A stretch of 64,000 bases of DNA from Lingula anatina (GCA_051362555.1 CM120647.1:15476651-15540650), one strand, 5' to 3'. Counted from the first letter of the stretch, positions 25,120 through 39,139 are shown. The notes: generated by a model not told the origin, from the sequence alone. A program made the numbers and translations.

Positions 25120-27304
25120 TACACAGGTAATTCGTAGGAAAAATGTGTGCACATCAGCCCTTTTCGATGGGGCAGCTAGTGAAACTGCATAGAAATAAGC
25201 ATGAGATGCCCCACTGTTGTATATGTAATACTGGTAATAACTAGATAGAATACGAAATACATAGATAAATTAAAAGAGGACGAACATACACAATCAAAGT
25301 ACTATACCAGCTGTGTGCAACCCTTTCTTTAAACTGAAACTCTCTTTACAACTAAGTTTATCATCTGATCCGGGGATCAATTTTTCACCAATAAACATAG
25401 TTGGTGAAGCTTCTAGATTTAAAATGAAAGACAATGCATTGTCTTACGATCAGGTTTTCTTTCTGGTTTCAAATAAGATTAAATTTAAAAAAATAGAAAA
25501 TAGAAAAGAACTAAAAATTCAAGCCTCCTATCTTCACTGATAGTTTGTATTTAATTGCCATGAGTCATGTAAAATTTGACGCATAGAATAAAATCACTGG
25601 TGAAAATGGTTAATAGATAAGAGATGATCATTTGAAAACAAACACATTAGATTTAAGTTAAACGTTAAACCTTGATTTATATATGAGAAAAGATATTTTA
25701 CCGGAAATTTTAAAACTTTTCCATAAATCCCAGACTTGTTTTATATTTTGTAAATGGAATGGGGAAACATGGATATTTATAAGTTGAAAACAGGTTCATA
25801 AGTCACGTTGGTGATCGATTAAAGGCATATCTGCTGAAATTTCCACCGAGGGTGATCTTCGGCTTTATACCTGTAATTGTTAAATATGTATAACTTTTTT
25901 TGAAATTTAGAAACTTAATTACCTACAAACCACCTCGGATTTAGAGTACAATAATATTATGATGACAGATAATTAGCATCACTAGCGAGCGTTAATTAAC
26001 TGTTTATAAACAAAACAAATTGATTAAATTCCATTTAGTTCGTACTTTTGTTTATCATGCATGCAGTAGATTCATTTGCTAGAAAGTAACATCCTCCTCG
26101 CCAATCAAGAGCAGACGTTTAAGAATAAACCGTAGTAAAATTATCATTTTGTGTCAGTGTCGATTTTACTATAATGACGAACATTTATTTTTTCAATTTT
26201 GAAATTATTCCGTGTGTATTAAAGTTGGGAGGAAGTTTGCACGCTTGTAGAGAAAAGAAATGAAGATATAAATTAATATGCTCGTAGATTGCACTGAATA
26301 GAAAGGACTTTGAACAAGCAGATAATACTTGTCACTAGAGGACGCTTTAACAAATGATAATGATTTTCTTACGTTCAGCTTGTAATAATGATAAAGGAAA
26401 TGTTTGAAAGAGAAAATACATTGCTGGGACCATATATCGTTCTGTATGTGTCCTTGTTGGAGACTGATAATTTTTTTGCCTCATAAAAGAGAGAATAAAG
26501 ATGGAAACTGGAGTTAATTATCTGAATTTTGAAAGTTTTAGGCGTATTTTACAAATGCTGTGAATATTCTCTTTTGCAATTTAAAGATAAAACATTTTGG
26601 AACGATCTGATTTTTTCACTATCCAGGGGTCTATTTTCAATAAGATAAGGAATGAAATATAGTGAAAACTAAAATCCCAAATTGTAAGTTATGAGAAAAA
26701 TAAAAACTATAAACAACAATTATTAAGTTTCTAAATAATCAATATTTAGTTTAAGGTAAATGCAAATCCTTCCAGATGTAGTACAAAAGATATGAATATG
26801 ACCGGTCTATTGCAAATGCATCTTTGTGTGCTTTTATCTTATGCGTAGCAGTTTGATATTAGGGAGTTAGGTTCCCCTTTTAGGCTTAAAATTAAAATAA
26901 TAAAGCAAAGAAATTAAATTAAATTGTGATTATCACTTGTATGCAATTTATTTGGAATTTTACCACTACAGAAAATGGTAATGTTTTCAAAATTGTTTAG
27001 GATAGAAAAAAAAAATAAAAATAAAAAAGAGAAAAAGAAAAAAATATGAGAGAGTGCTTCTGCTTTCAGACGTCGCTTCGACAAATGGTAATGGTTTTCA
27101 TGCAAAACACCGTGAATAAATTATCAAGGTAAAGTTTGAAACAGAAAATACCTTGCTGGGACCATATTTCATGACAATGTTATTCTGTGTTTACTGGATT
27201 GATAGGGATTTGTTTGTACAGAAACGTATAATAGCGGCTCGGGTTGCAAATCTTATAGTTGAAAACTTATTAAGTCTCCTGCTGGGACAACATCCATTGG
27301 AACA

Positions 27305-28402
27305 ATGAAGTCTTGCGCACTTCTTGTGCTCTTGGTGCTCTTTGCCACTTTTGCTATAGAAGGTGAGCGATACCATGCACTTAAGGTGTTATAAACAGTA
27401 AATTCTGAAGCAAAGTATAGAAATAAACTCACAGTTGAGTGCAAGCTTCAGGCAGAGGATATATCTCGGCTTAGTAGAGATTGATTTAGAAATTTTACGT
27501 TGATATATCAAAACCTGACTTACAGAGGCCGTAGTTAGAAACATATCTAATAAGATATACTTAAATTTAGAAAAATATGATTTATTGAATTTAGCATCCA
27601 TGAAGTGGCGGTGATCAGCAATTCAAAATGTGCAGATAGGCTGTTGTGAGTGCTTAGAAATTGGTCATTCCTTCGTTTTAAAACTGTATGTGATATATCA
27701 AGCGCCCATCTTAAATAATTACATCTTTCTTTTCAGTTAATTTTCATGACGTTATTATAATTTATTATCCTTATCGCATAATCATCTTTACTTGCCCCTT
27801 TCGTACAGTATTCCTGTGATTCCTGTGACTCCTCGCCACAAAAGTTTTCATGTAAAAAATAAACAGAGCAAAAATGTCTTTCAATGTCTGGAGTATTATA
27901 AAATAATTGTAATATTTAAATGTATTTGCATTTCTATAACTTATCTTCTCACTGTTGACGTAAGTTAAACTATATCTTAATATACATTCAAAACGATTTC
28001 AAGGGTCTCTTTTCCACAGTAGATATTTGTTGATCACTCTCAAAAATAAGCTAAAATCTAACACTTACAACAAATAATTGTGAAAAATTCCACAGTATCT
28101 CGTACAGGAAAATGTAATTGGAGTTTAGAAAGGGCCTCGATGATGCCGCGAATTAATGGTACCATTCCGTAGTGAAATTGAAAAGAACATGGCTATTTTG
28201 TTCCGCTGTATTACTTTACTTCACTAACATTTAGATTTAGAAATTTCACTCAAAATAAACACAAATGGTTTTTGAGGAACATGCTCATCGTTGCCATTTA
28301 ATTATATTTTATACAGAAACATCCAAGTAACCTAGCCATGTAGCATTTGCATCTGCTATGATCACTTGTTTCAAAGAATGAAATTGAACAAATGGGCATG
28401 AA

Positions 28403-28442
<40 letters not shown>

Positions 28443-28678
28443 TTTCCTCTCTGTTAATTTATATCACTACCATCTAGAAAATTTAAGTAAGATATATTCC
28501 TCTGGTCTTTTGAAAAGATGCTTAATTTTGCCATTTGTATTTTTATATAGATACATCCGGGCAATGTACAGAACCTATATGCATCTGCTGTGGTAACGTG
28601 TGTAATAACGTCCTTGGAATTGGAATTTGCAGGTGCCTTGGAGTCCCACCCAACTGCCACTGTCCGATAATTGATTAG
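27305..28678 (+). CDS. Secreted cysteine-rich peptide, copy D (61 aa, 9 Cys): MKSCALLVLLVLFATFAIEDTSG-QCTEPICICCGNVCNNVLGIGICRCLGVPPNCHCPIID
   Basis: Exon 1 27305-27362 and exon 2 CDS 28551-28678; donor AG|GTAAAA at 28689 lies after the stop; exon 3 from 29263; AATAAA 29397-29402; TATA reduced to TATAAT. Confidence 0.8.
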
Positions 28679-28991
28679 ATCACATAAGGTAAAATGTGTT
28701 GTGATGAGATTGTTCATAGCAGTGTTTTCACAAATAAAAGCTACATTTTAGACCAGCTACATGTTACACATAAAGAATGTTGATTATTGTCCAAGGCTGA
28801 GCCTGATAAACTGATTAGTAAATTCTGCAAATCAATTTGGTGATGTTGTTGTGAGAAATCATGAGAGTATATTAATGGCTTGTAAAAACACCACCACACA
28901 ACAGCTTTTTAATAGCAAATACAGTTTGACCAACGTTATTAATTTAGAGCCCGAAAAAAATAACAAGACGAACGGTCTTGTAAATTCTATT

Positions 28992-29022
<31 letters not shown>

Positions 29023-29523
29023 GGAGGGGGGTGGAAGGAGAATTAGAGAACCAGGCTGTACGTTTGTATGCCATATACTCTGATTGTAATATGTGGCGTT
29101 AATTTCCATTCAATTTTGTGATAAAGTCTAATGCAAGTTATATAATGTGCGTTCAAATAAGTAAATAGAAAAAAAATGAACATCGTGTTGTAAATGATCA
29201 GTTAAATACAATGGTTAATTATTTAATATTTTATAATAACAATGCTTTTTTTTTGTTCGCAGTTGACCCTTCCATCGAGGGTAAGCATGACCAGTTGAAA
29301 CTAAAGAAGAAAACAGAAAACTAGTCACTCAGCTCAATGTAAAGCTGTTGTATTTAGATATTTTTGTGAATTTTGAGTTCAACAGTTAGTGGTCATAATA
29401 AAGATTGAGTAAATGCGTATTTACTGCTTTGTCAAAGGTCTCATTTTGCTGCCCTTGTCTTTGACGTTTCTTTTCGATCCGATGCGTTGGGAATCTTTTG
29501 CTTAAAATTAATTATATCTAAAA

Positions 29524-29566
<43 letters not shown>

Positions 29567-30035
29567 ATACTACGAAACACCTTATTAACTTCTAACAGCC
29601 AAATCTGGCTTGGACAAAGAAATGTTTAGGGTGTTTTAAAAATTATAAATACAATTGCACAGGCATATTGGTATTGTTAAACTACTCCTTTAATAGAGTG
29701 GCTAAACACAGTGCTTTGTGATTAAAAATTAAACAGAAAAAAAGAAAGTAAATTTGAAAAACAGATTTGACTTCTCTATAAATTCAGCTCAATTTATTTT
29801 TTAAATTTGCACTTTGTTACAAGTACACATTGAAAAATATGCTGATTTCTTGAAATAAATATAAACATAAACGCGTGTAATAATAATAATAAATACCTCA
29901 TCTCACCTAACTGTTTTTATGGTACTCCCACAGCTTCGTAAGCATGGTTCTCTTTAGTGAGTACCATGACAAGAAAGCTTCCCTGGAGGTGGGACAGGGT
30001 TATTGCACTTTGAATATTATTTCATTCATTTCCTT

Positions 30036-30165
30036 CCTAAAATCCTAAAAACGGTAGTCCCCGGACCTAAAATCCTAGAAACGGTAGTCCCCGGACCTAA
30101 AATTCTATAAATGGTAGTCCCCCGGACCTAAAATCCCAGAAATGGTAGTCCCCCGGGCATAAATA
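30036..30165. repeat. 30-31-bp tandem repeat, about 4 copies
   Basis: Unit CCTAAAATCCTAGAAACGGTAGTCCCCGGA repeated. Confidence 0.85.
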
Positions 30166-30344
30166 CCCATTAAAAATTATTCCCTTATAGGCCATTTATT
30201 CAAGGTACATAGGCCCATTGTACACACATCCCTGGAATTATATATCTGCGTATAACGTAGTGTGACGTCTAATAATATTGCATATTAAACATCATAAAAA
30301 TTGAAAGTTTACTTTATAATTAGACTTGCTTGTTCTCCGAATAA

Positions 30345-31448
30345 CTCCATTACTCTACATAATGTTCTTACTTTTTTGGATCGTAAAATCCCTAACTATG
30401 CAAGGTTACTTTTTATTGACTATAGTTCTGCTTTTAACACGATATCGCCTTTTAAACTTCACGAAAAACTTATTAACTCTCTCCATTTTAGTAAATCACT
30501 TAGTAATTGGATTTTAAATTTCTTAATTAATCGTACTCAACAGGTCAAAGTCGGCAATAACTTTTCCAAGACTATAGAGATAAATACTGGCACGCCTCTC
30601 TTATATTCTCTGTTTACATCCGACTGTGTTGCTTCGTATCCTGATTGCTTGATTGTTAAGTTTGCGGATGATACCACCTGCGCTGGCCTTATTAGCACTT
30701 CCGAGTCTGACTATCGAAATCAAGTTTCGGCCCTTGTTTCATGGTGCTCTGAAAACGACCTCGAGCTTAATGTTAAAAAGACAAAAGAAATTATTGTAGA
30801 TTTTAGGAAAAACCCAACAGAAATTAGCCATCTTACGCTGAATGGTTCTGAGGTTGAAATAGTCAGACATTTCAAATTTCTTGGCATACATATATCTGAT
30901 GATCTTAAATGGCACATTAACATAGATGATTTTGTCCGCAAAGCTCAGCAAAGACTACTTTCTACGACGATTGAGGTCATTCTATGTCAACCAAGAACTG
31001 CTGGCAAAATTTTACCGGGCTGTGATTGAGAGTGTGCTAACACAATCTTTTACCGTCTGGTACAGTAGTGCTTCAGTAGAGAACAAGAATCGCATGAATC
31101 GCGTAGTAAAAACTGCCAGGCGCATTGTAGGTAGGGACCTGCCGTCTATTGAATGTTTGTATACGAGACAAGTGCTCAAGAAAGTAAAGTCAATCACGAG
31201 TGACCCTGGTCACCCAGCGAATAGCCTACTTATGCATATGTCAACAAGCCGACTGCGGTCATTAAAAGCAACCTCCACGCGCACTAAGAATAGTTTTTAT
31301 CCATCAGCAGTACGTATTTTTAATGAACAAAATGTATTTTAATAATTCCACTGTATCACATTTTATCGACAGATCATACCAATTTTCATTTTATATTTGT
31401 ATAAATATGACAATAAATTATTATTATTAAATTATTATTATTATTATT
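30345..31448 (+). mobile_element. 5'-truncated, frameshifted LINE reverse transcriptase fragment (Rex1/Babar-like)
   Basis: YARLLFIDYSSAFNTI, KFADDTT and LNVKKTKEIIVDFRK in ORF 30301-31029, continuing after a frameshift in 30926-31342 (FYRAVIESVLT, TKNSFYPSAVR); AATAAA then a (TTA)n tail at about 31412-31448. Confidence 0.85.
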
Positions 31449-34400
31449 CTGAGTTGCTGTTGTCTCGATAGGGTACGTGCCCTCCTGAAGATATTGGAAA
31501 ATAACTTCAACTTCGGGCCTGGTCCGGGTGCTGCTTGTCCCTTCCATATCAAACGTCTAGAGGGGGTGGTATTCATATATGAGCGGTTTTTATAGTAGAA
31601 CAAGGTAGCGTGTGACATCTAGTTATGTCTGTAACCAATCAAAAATTTGCTAAGTGGCAAAAATGACGACCAGGATAAAACAAAAGAAAAAAAATTCACA
31701 CGAAAAGTAAACATAATTTTATATTTGTAAACGAAATTCGAACCTCCATCCACTTACACAATTACTCTGTATAACATCCATTACACTGCACAGCCTGACC
31801 ACTACACCAGGGAGACGAACTGGCAAACCATCGATTTTACGGGGTACTTATATGTGCTCACTAAAGCATACTATTACTGCCAATAGTCATTATCCACTAG
31901 TTTAAATGGTCGGACATAGTTATAGGGCAGACCTTCATTCCGTTGACTAATGTAAACGTAATGCAGGTCCGCCAGGAATAGAAGTCCTACCCTTTATTAT
32001 ATCAGGAATGCAGGTCCCATTAGGACTACTATTCCTCAGGAACGGTGGTCTGTAGGACCTGCATTCCGTTCACACCGCACAATATAAGTATGTTCACTTT
32101 TAATAGTTATGAATTTAAACGTACCTTTAGAAGACGTGGAACAGACGAGGTCAGAAGGAATTGCAGTCACCAGGTTACAAATTGCTCTTTGTGAAGGATT
32201 TGAGGAAATATAGATTTTGAAGTCGACTGCAGGCAGCTACTTTTTTGAAGGTATACACATTATTGTTGAATTATCCCTTCAGTTATTGTAATACAGGACA
32301 TGCATGATTTTAATTTGTACCATCATGGTAAATAAAGGGGCAGAAAAGTATCAGTTGCGGATTGAGAGTTAATGAAGAATAACACAAAAATTCTCCAGTG
32401 TGATAAGGTTACTATAATATTTACTGCCATGTTCATTAGCCATTGTTGATATGATTTTCCAAAACCTTTTCTGGATGTTTACATACTAGATAATATATAT
32501 ATATATATATACAAGATACCGATCAAAAAGAATGCAAAGATGTAAACTAGATGTGTAAAACAAGACCTAATACTGGTCAGTTAGTATGGATAAAAAAATG
32601 GCAGCTTTGATAATTGTTTGGCAGAAATAAAATGATTTTTCAGAGCTGTACATAGCACATCCATTGAAATAGTACAACCCATCCAACTTCTACCATATGT
32701 TCATAAATGTGCAAAGAAAATTACTTTCCTTCAACGCCATATCCGTGCACAAAAGTAAGAAAAATCCATAAATGCACATCTTTATTGGAAAGTATAAAAT
32801 GCACATTTATAATAAGAACAAAAAGTTGCTTTTCAGTTTAAAAGTGTTTTAATCCTGTAGCTAAACAGGTTATAAGACGAGTACTGCCACTAGTCAGAAG
32901 AAATCTTCCCAGTTAATGGTAGCATTAGTTTATGGTATAGTAATATCAAATCAGTAGAGATACAAATGCTGACAAAAATTTAAAAAAAAAAAAAAAAACA
33001 TTAAGTGAGTGGGAGATGGCCTGCTCCCTGTCCTCTAATTTGTGACCAACATCTAAGAAATAAAACGTGTACATCGTCCTATAGAGGAAGATAAATTTGT
33101 CTGTGATTTTCCAATTTCAAGTAAGGATTACCCTGTGATCTCCCACAGGGAGTCGGTGGTATTGTCAGGATATAATATATGCACTTTTGTTGCATACTGG
33201 TATTGTCTTTTTCCCATCTTTGTTGCATACTGGTATTGTCTTTTTCTAATGGGCACTGTCTTTGTATTTCCTCTAAATTAATCTGGAAATAACTTGCACA
33301 GGGTAAATGTTCGTAAAATATACTCCACTTATTGGTTTCTGTGTCCAATACTATAAAGGTAGACCGATAGTTTATACTAGTACTTTAGGGAGACATTGTA
33401 AAGAAAAACATTATGTTGATAAAAACAACTGGTGGAAACAACTGCATACACACCGTGTTGGCTGAATACTGTGATCTTTATTGGTCTGCAATTTGTTTCT
33501 TGTTCCTTTTTGGTCTCACTGTGCTCATTTCAGGTTTGCTGAAAAGAAAAGGATCCCATCATGTACAAATATTTCAAACTCTAATATATAGTTCATTCAA
33601 ATTATGCAGCACAACAGTCCTTGGCATAAGGGACTTATTTATATTTCTTCATCATAAATGCTTCCATTTTGCATGCCATTAAAAATATGATGCATCAGCA
33701 AGCCTACCTGCCCTGAGCTTTGTTGCTCCCACTAGCTTTCCGACCAACTGGTGAAAGATCTTCAGCTTCTTTCCCCTGAATAAACCAATTACATAGTCAA
33801 AATAAATAAATAACATTAGTCTAAATATATAACATATTCCTCAACCCTCTACTAGTCATATTATCTGAAACACTTCAACTAACTCACGCTATCAACATTT
33901 ACAAAACAACATTTTATCCAGCAAACTTGGATAATGGAATTATTTTATGTGATATCTATTTCCTCGATAAGAGTGAGGTCACCCGTACACGAAAAACATG
34001 TGCTTACATCGTTTTATTATCTGTACATGTAATATAAGCTAATATCCGAACGTGATTTATTCATTTTTAAATTGTCTGGACTTGGAGACTAAGCAAGTCT
34101 GATAATATAGACGTTCCTCAAGACATTTGCGTCTCGTTATACGCAACGTATACTTATCGGAAACATATGCATAAAATGCGCATCGCTAGACTTTTTATTA
34201 CGTGACATAATGTATAAATAACTCAAAACTAAATCACGCGCTTTCAGAAGTGCGCCGCCATTGTTAATTGTTTTGGTCTCGAATGAACGCTACAATCCAT
34301 AGGACATCAAAACGTCATTGGCAACGCATTGCGTGACGGCGGTAAGGAGAGCATCGAAAGCCCCATTGACAAGCACAGATTTCATAATGACTACGATAAC

Positions 34401-36038
34401 TGCCGTTTTGGTGGTGAAACTCAATTTATAATATTTTCGTATGTTGTTAACAATGTATTAATTGTGGAATATTGAATCTCAAACGAAAAGTTGTTATGCC
34501 TTCAAGTTTAAGAAGCAATGCAAATTGTGCCTATAATTTGTGTGTAATAATATTGGATATTAACCAAGACAGAACCAATAATATTGGATATATTGGATAT
34601 TAACCAAGACGCTTGAGTCGGTCCTCTCTAACCCCCCTTTACGAAAAAGAAGCCATGCCATTGGACAATGCGACCTCTGCGGTTACGTCATTTCCTGAAT
34701 ATGATTGTGGAGTGGACCGACTCAAGCGTCAAAGGGGGACTTTGGATTTACGGTTTGATTGTGCGTATGCCATGCACGGAATTTACAAACGAGCGACGGG
34801 ATGATGCAGCCTGCAGTATTAGCGGTAAGCGTGCCAAGTTTTAGAACGCATCGATGCCCGGCAGTATTTTATTTCGATTATTATGTTTAAAATTGTGGAA
34901 TCTTGTTTCACAAGCTTACTCTATTTTATTGTCTCTATGGAGGTATATGGGGACTTTACGACATTCGGTTTGAAGGCTTTAACCACTTGTTATAGTTTAT
35001 TTTTGCATTGTATTAGATTAATGTGGCAGTCCAAGGTTGTCCTATGTGGTTTTCAAGTTTATGCACCCGGTTTTAATATCATTTAGCGATTTTACAACAA
35101 TCGTTTACTATCCAATCAAGGTGACAGCCGACCGTGAGTATTGTTTACAAAAGTATTTAAGTTTAGAACTGCAAAAAGCAGGAAAAGAAATATTGTGAGT
35201 ACACTTTTGCTTTTAAAGTAGTTTTGACAAATGATAATTGTTTTATTGCGTAATGCTGTGTATAAATGATTAAGGAAACGTTTGAAACAGAAAATGTGTT
35301 GAAGCGACCATATTTCATTGTAATTTATAGTATATGTTTCCGTGCTGACGATTATTTGGAAGAAAAATGAACAATTTGTATTGATCCGATTATTAGGAGA
35401 GGTAAAAAAACCAATAGATATATGACTGAGTCTGTATACAGTTGGTGACGTCTGGAGTTGAAAATCAAACCCCGGTGGATTATTCATATTTTGAAAGGTT
35501 TAGACACATATTACCAGCCAGAAAATTAGAATTAGCCCAAAGGCATGTCTTTTAAAGCAATGTTTCTAGTGTGTAAAATACAGCGTCATGTGCAATTTTC
35601 CTCAATATTCGCAATAAAGGTCAGGGTCAGTTGAAGATATTATGAAAGCTTCAAGGTAAACCTTTAGCGTGCAGTAGCTACCTTTTAACCAAATTAACAG
35701 ATGTGTTTGCAAATTTTTGAATCGCTTATTTTGTACGTGGCAATTAGATGCTAGAGAGTAAGATTGCTTTCACCAAATAAGACATTTTGAGAAATGATAA
35801 TGATTTTATTGTATAACACTGCGTATTAATGATTCAGGAAAAGTTTGAAACAGAAAATATCTTGCTGGGACCATATTTCATGGCGATCTGTTTCGGTTTC
35901 CTTGCTGAGGATCAATAGATATTTCCTTGCACAGAACTGTATAAATAGCGGCTTGGGATGCGTAAGATAGCAAGTCTCTTAGAAGAGAACAAATTCCTGA
36001 GATTTCAGTCTCCTGCTAGGACAACTTCCATTGGAACA

Positions 36039-37435
36039 ATGAAGTTGTGCGCTCCTCTTGTGCTTTTGGTGCTCTTTGCCGCTGTTGTCATAGAAGGTGA
36101 GTGATACAAAGTATTTATAATGACTTGAAGCGTAAGTACTGCCGAAAGGAAAAGAGGTATGTCAGAAGTGAGGCCGTACTCTTGGCAGACAGTATCTCAG
36201 CTCAGGCAAGATTTAATAAGAAATGATACCTTCTATGACATGAATGCTTACTGAGATTGTTAGTTTGCTACCTTTTGAAACACACAGTGAAACTAATGAT
36301 TGTGCCTTAATTAGTATTTCCATAAATTATATTGGCACTGTCAAGTTAGGAAATATCTTAATATGTATTTAAAACCATTTTAGTCTCTTCTATCAGGGGT
36401 GTCTGTTCTTTGAAGATCATTCTCAAGAATAAGCTAAAACAATCCAAAAAGTATTTGTCACTAAGAAAATATACCAGGAAGAAATTGAATTTAATGTAGA
36501 CCAAGAAATGCACCTGGAGTTCAGAAAGGGCATAGATGGTGACACACATTACTGACACCATTTTTAAGTATTGCAAATAACACATCCTTTAAGTTCCAAT
36601 TTGTTATTTTCTTTCATTAACAATTGAATTTAGAAACCTCGCACAAAATAATTGACCACGGAATTTTAGTAAAGGGCTAATATTTTCCATTTTTCCATTT
36701 TGATGTAGACACATCCGGGCAACCTCTGGCGTATGCTTCGTGCACCTGCTGTGGTCACACGTGTAGCAGCGACCATGGGAGTTGCGAATGCCGCGGAAGT
36801 CCACCCAACTGCTACTGTGCTGCAGCTGATCACACAACAAGGTAAAAGGTTTTGCAATCAGATTGTTTATCGAAGTATTTTCATAAATACATATTTAGAC
36901 CAGCTGCTTGTTACACACAAAAAAAAATATTGATTATTGTCCGAACCTTAGACTTCTAGCTAATTAGTAAATTCTGCAAGTCAATTTTTATGATATTGTT
37001 GTGAGAAACCATGAGAGTGACTTAATGGCTTGTAAAAACACCACCACAGAAAACTATTTAATAACAAATACAGTTTGCCCAAAAAACCGAAAGACCGAAA
37101 AAATAACGAGATGGAAATTCTATGAATGAATGAGAGAGAGAGAGAGGGGTGGAGGAGGGAGGGGAAGGTGAAAAGAGGATTAAAAAATAAGGTTGTACGT
37201 GTGTATGTCATTTACTTTGATTGTCATATGTGGTGTTTATTTCCATTCACTTTTGTCATATAATCTAATGCAAGCTATACAATGTGCGTTCAAATAAGTA
37301 AATAGAAAAAAAATAAATATCGTATTGTAAATGTTCAGTTAAATACAATGGTTCATTATTTAAAAGTTTATAATAACAGTTAAGAACAGTTTACACATAT
37401 TTTTTGTTTGCAGAAGACCCTTCTTTCGAGGGTAA
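36039..37435 (+). CDS. Secreted cysteine-rich peptide, copy E (70 aa, 3 coding exons): MKLCAPLVLLVLFAAVVIEDTSG-QPLAYASCTCCGHTCSSDHGSCECRGSPPNCYCAAADHTTRRPFFRG
   Basis: Exon 1 36039-36096, exon 2 36709-36841 (AG|GTAAAA, phase 2), exon 3 37414-37435; TATA 35940; AATAAA 37550-37555. Confidence 0.85.
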
Positions 37436-37704
37436 GCATGGCCAGTTGGACATAAAGAAGAAAACAGGAAACTAGTCACTCAGCTAAATGTAAAGCTGCT
37501 GTATTTGGACATTTTTTTGTGAATTTTGAGTTCAACAATAAGTGGCCAAAATAAAGATTGTAGTAAATACGTTGTATTTACTGCATTATCAAAACTCTAA
37601 TTTTACTGCTTTTGTCGTTGTTGAAAATAGTTTAAATGCTTGATACGTATATTAAATCGATGGGCAATGCACCACTGAAAATTAGAGGCTCTATCGTTTA
37701 TTTC

Positions 37705-38480
37705 TACCCTAGGTTCTAGATTCCGGTATTGCCAGTTCGATCTTGATTTCATATTTAACCCATATGTACAATACCGGCTCTAGTGAACAGCGGCCATGTT
37801 TCACTTCCGTCAATCAAATAGAACTGCTCCGCAGTGAATCTGCAGTTGAATGTCATCAGACCAAAATGAAACGTAAAACAGATTTAATTCTGCTTTATTT
37901 AATTTTATTTGCTGTATTTAAGATGTAAAGTGAAAAGATAAATAATATTCTTCGAACAGAAAAGATATATCCAATGTTTTTGTATTTTTTGCTTATCAAA
38001 GAACATTTAGTCCTGAGATGTACACGTGCGCAATACACGTGCTTGCCGTGTGCCAAATTTGACAGCTACACTGTATGCCCGATACCACTATAAGGGCTGC
38101 GCAATGGCTACACCAAAATCAGTTTTTAAGGCAGAATTTTGCTTCTATTGTGGCACTGACCTTCGACTGCAAGATATTTTCAATTCAAACTTCGTCAGGC
38201 ACTTTGCTTCTTGCCTCGTCTGCACGAGATAACATCATCGCGAGGCGGGAAAGGCAGCTCCAGGCGGCCAAACCTGTGACGTACGAGACTTATGACTTCC
38301 AAATATGGATCCAGGCGGACACAGCTGTGACGTGTGACTTCCAAATATGGAAGCGCCCCAGGCAAATTTTGAAGAAGAACGCCCTCAGATTGTCGCTGTT
38401 CGTCAGAGCTAGTAAAAGCGACTCCATCACAAGGTCTATTTAAGCTAGTTAGCTTTTACGTTGCTCTGAAACTCAGGGTA
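37705..38480. mobile_element. Non-autonomous DNA transposon, superfamily unassigned
   Basis: Imperfect TIR TACCCTAGGTTCTAGA / TCTGAAACTCAGGGTA; 8-bp TSD TTTATTTC / TTGATTTC (1 mismatch); empty site at about 445-460 and 47520-47535. Confidence 0.75.
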
Positions 38481-38652
38481 TTGATTTCATAAGCATGAAT
38501 GAAAAAGTAAACTTATCAAGATCTCTTTATTAGAACGGAATGCTTTAACCTCTGTTATGGTTATTTGTGTTACTTAAAAATATTGCTGCACAGGAAAAGT
38601 CTTGATACACAGAAAACTAGCCAAAGCATTTCGAGTACCAAAATGTTTCCAG

Positions 38653-38656
<4 letters not shown>

Positions 38657-38708
<52 letters not shown>
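38657..38708. repeat. (AT)n microsatellite
   Basis: TA run; the paralogous site at about 620 has only a short run. Confidence 0.9.
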
Positions 38709-38712
<4 letters not shown>

Positions 38713-39139
38713 TGAAATTCTTTTGCATTATTTGTCAAATTTCTCGTATAAAAATACTGACTACAGTAACATTTGTTGCATTTTAACTATTTCTTGAATG
38801 TGATGTCCAAATACAAATTTAACATTATTACCCAAGTGCCTCGTGATTAAAGTCTAAACAGAAAAAGCGAAAGTATGTCAAAATCATTTCATATTTTTTG
38901 TCAAAATTCAGCTCAGTTTAATAAGAAAAAATCTGCTTTGTTGCAATAACCAATCAGTTAATGAAAATTTTTGGCTGTAGCCAACAGGGCATTCGCCATA
39001 TTCGTCAATCAATTAAGGTCATCACGCTCGCGCCACCGATGACACACTTTTTACGGGATTCATTGGTCAGCTGCGTAATGCACTATTTTCCACCGAAACC
39101 ACTCCTGCAGCTGCGGCAAAATTTAAAACAAAATATAAA

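Noticed and set aside
32100-34510. Possible minus-strand multi-exon gene or Kolobok/THAP-type transposon (exon-like segment at about 33705-33775, CpG-rich patch at about 34230-34400)
   Set aside because: I could not assemble a consistent ORF or find matching terminal repeats; left unannotated.
35962-36008. Possible 47-nt GTAAGA..TTTCAG intron in the 5' UTR of copy E
   Set aside because: The donor lies only about 22 nt after the TATA start, at or before the expected TSS, leaving no upstream exon.
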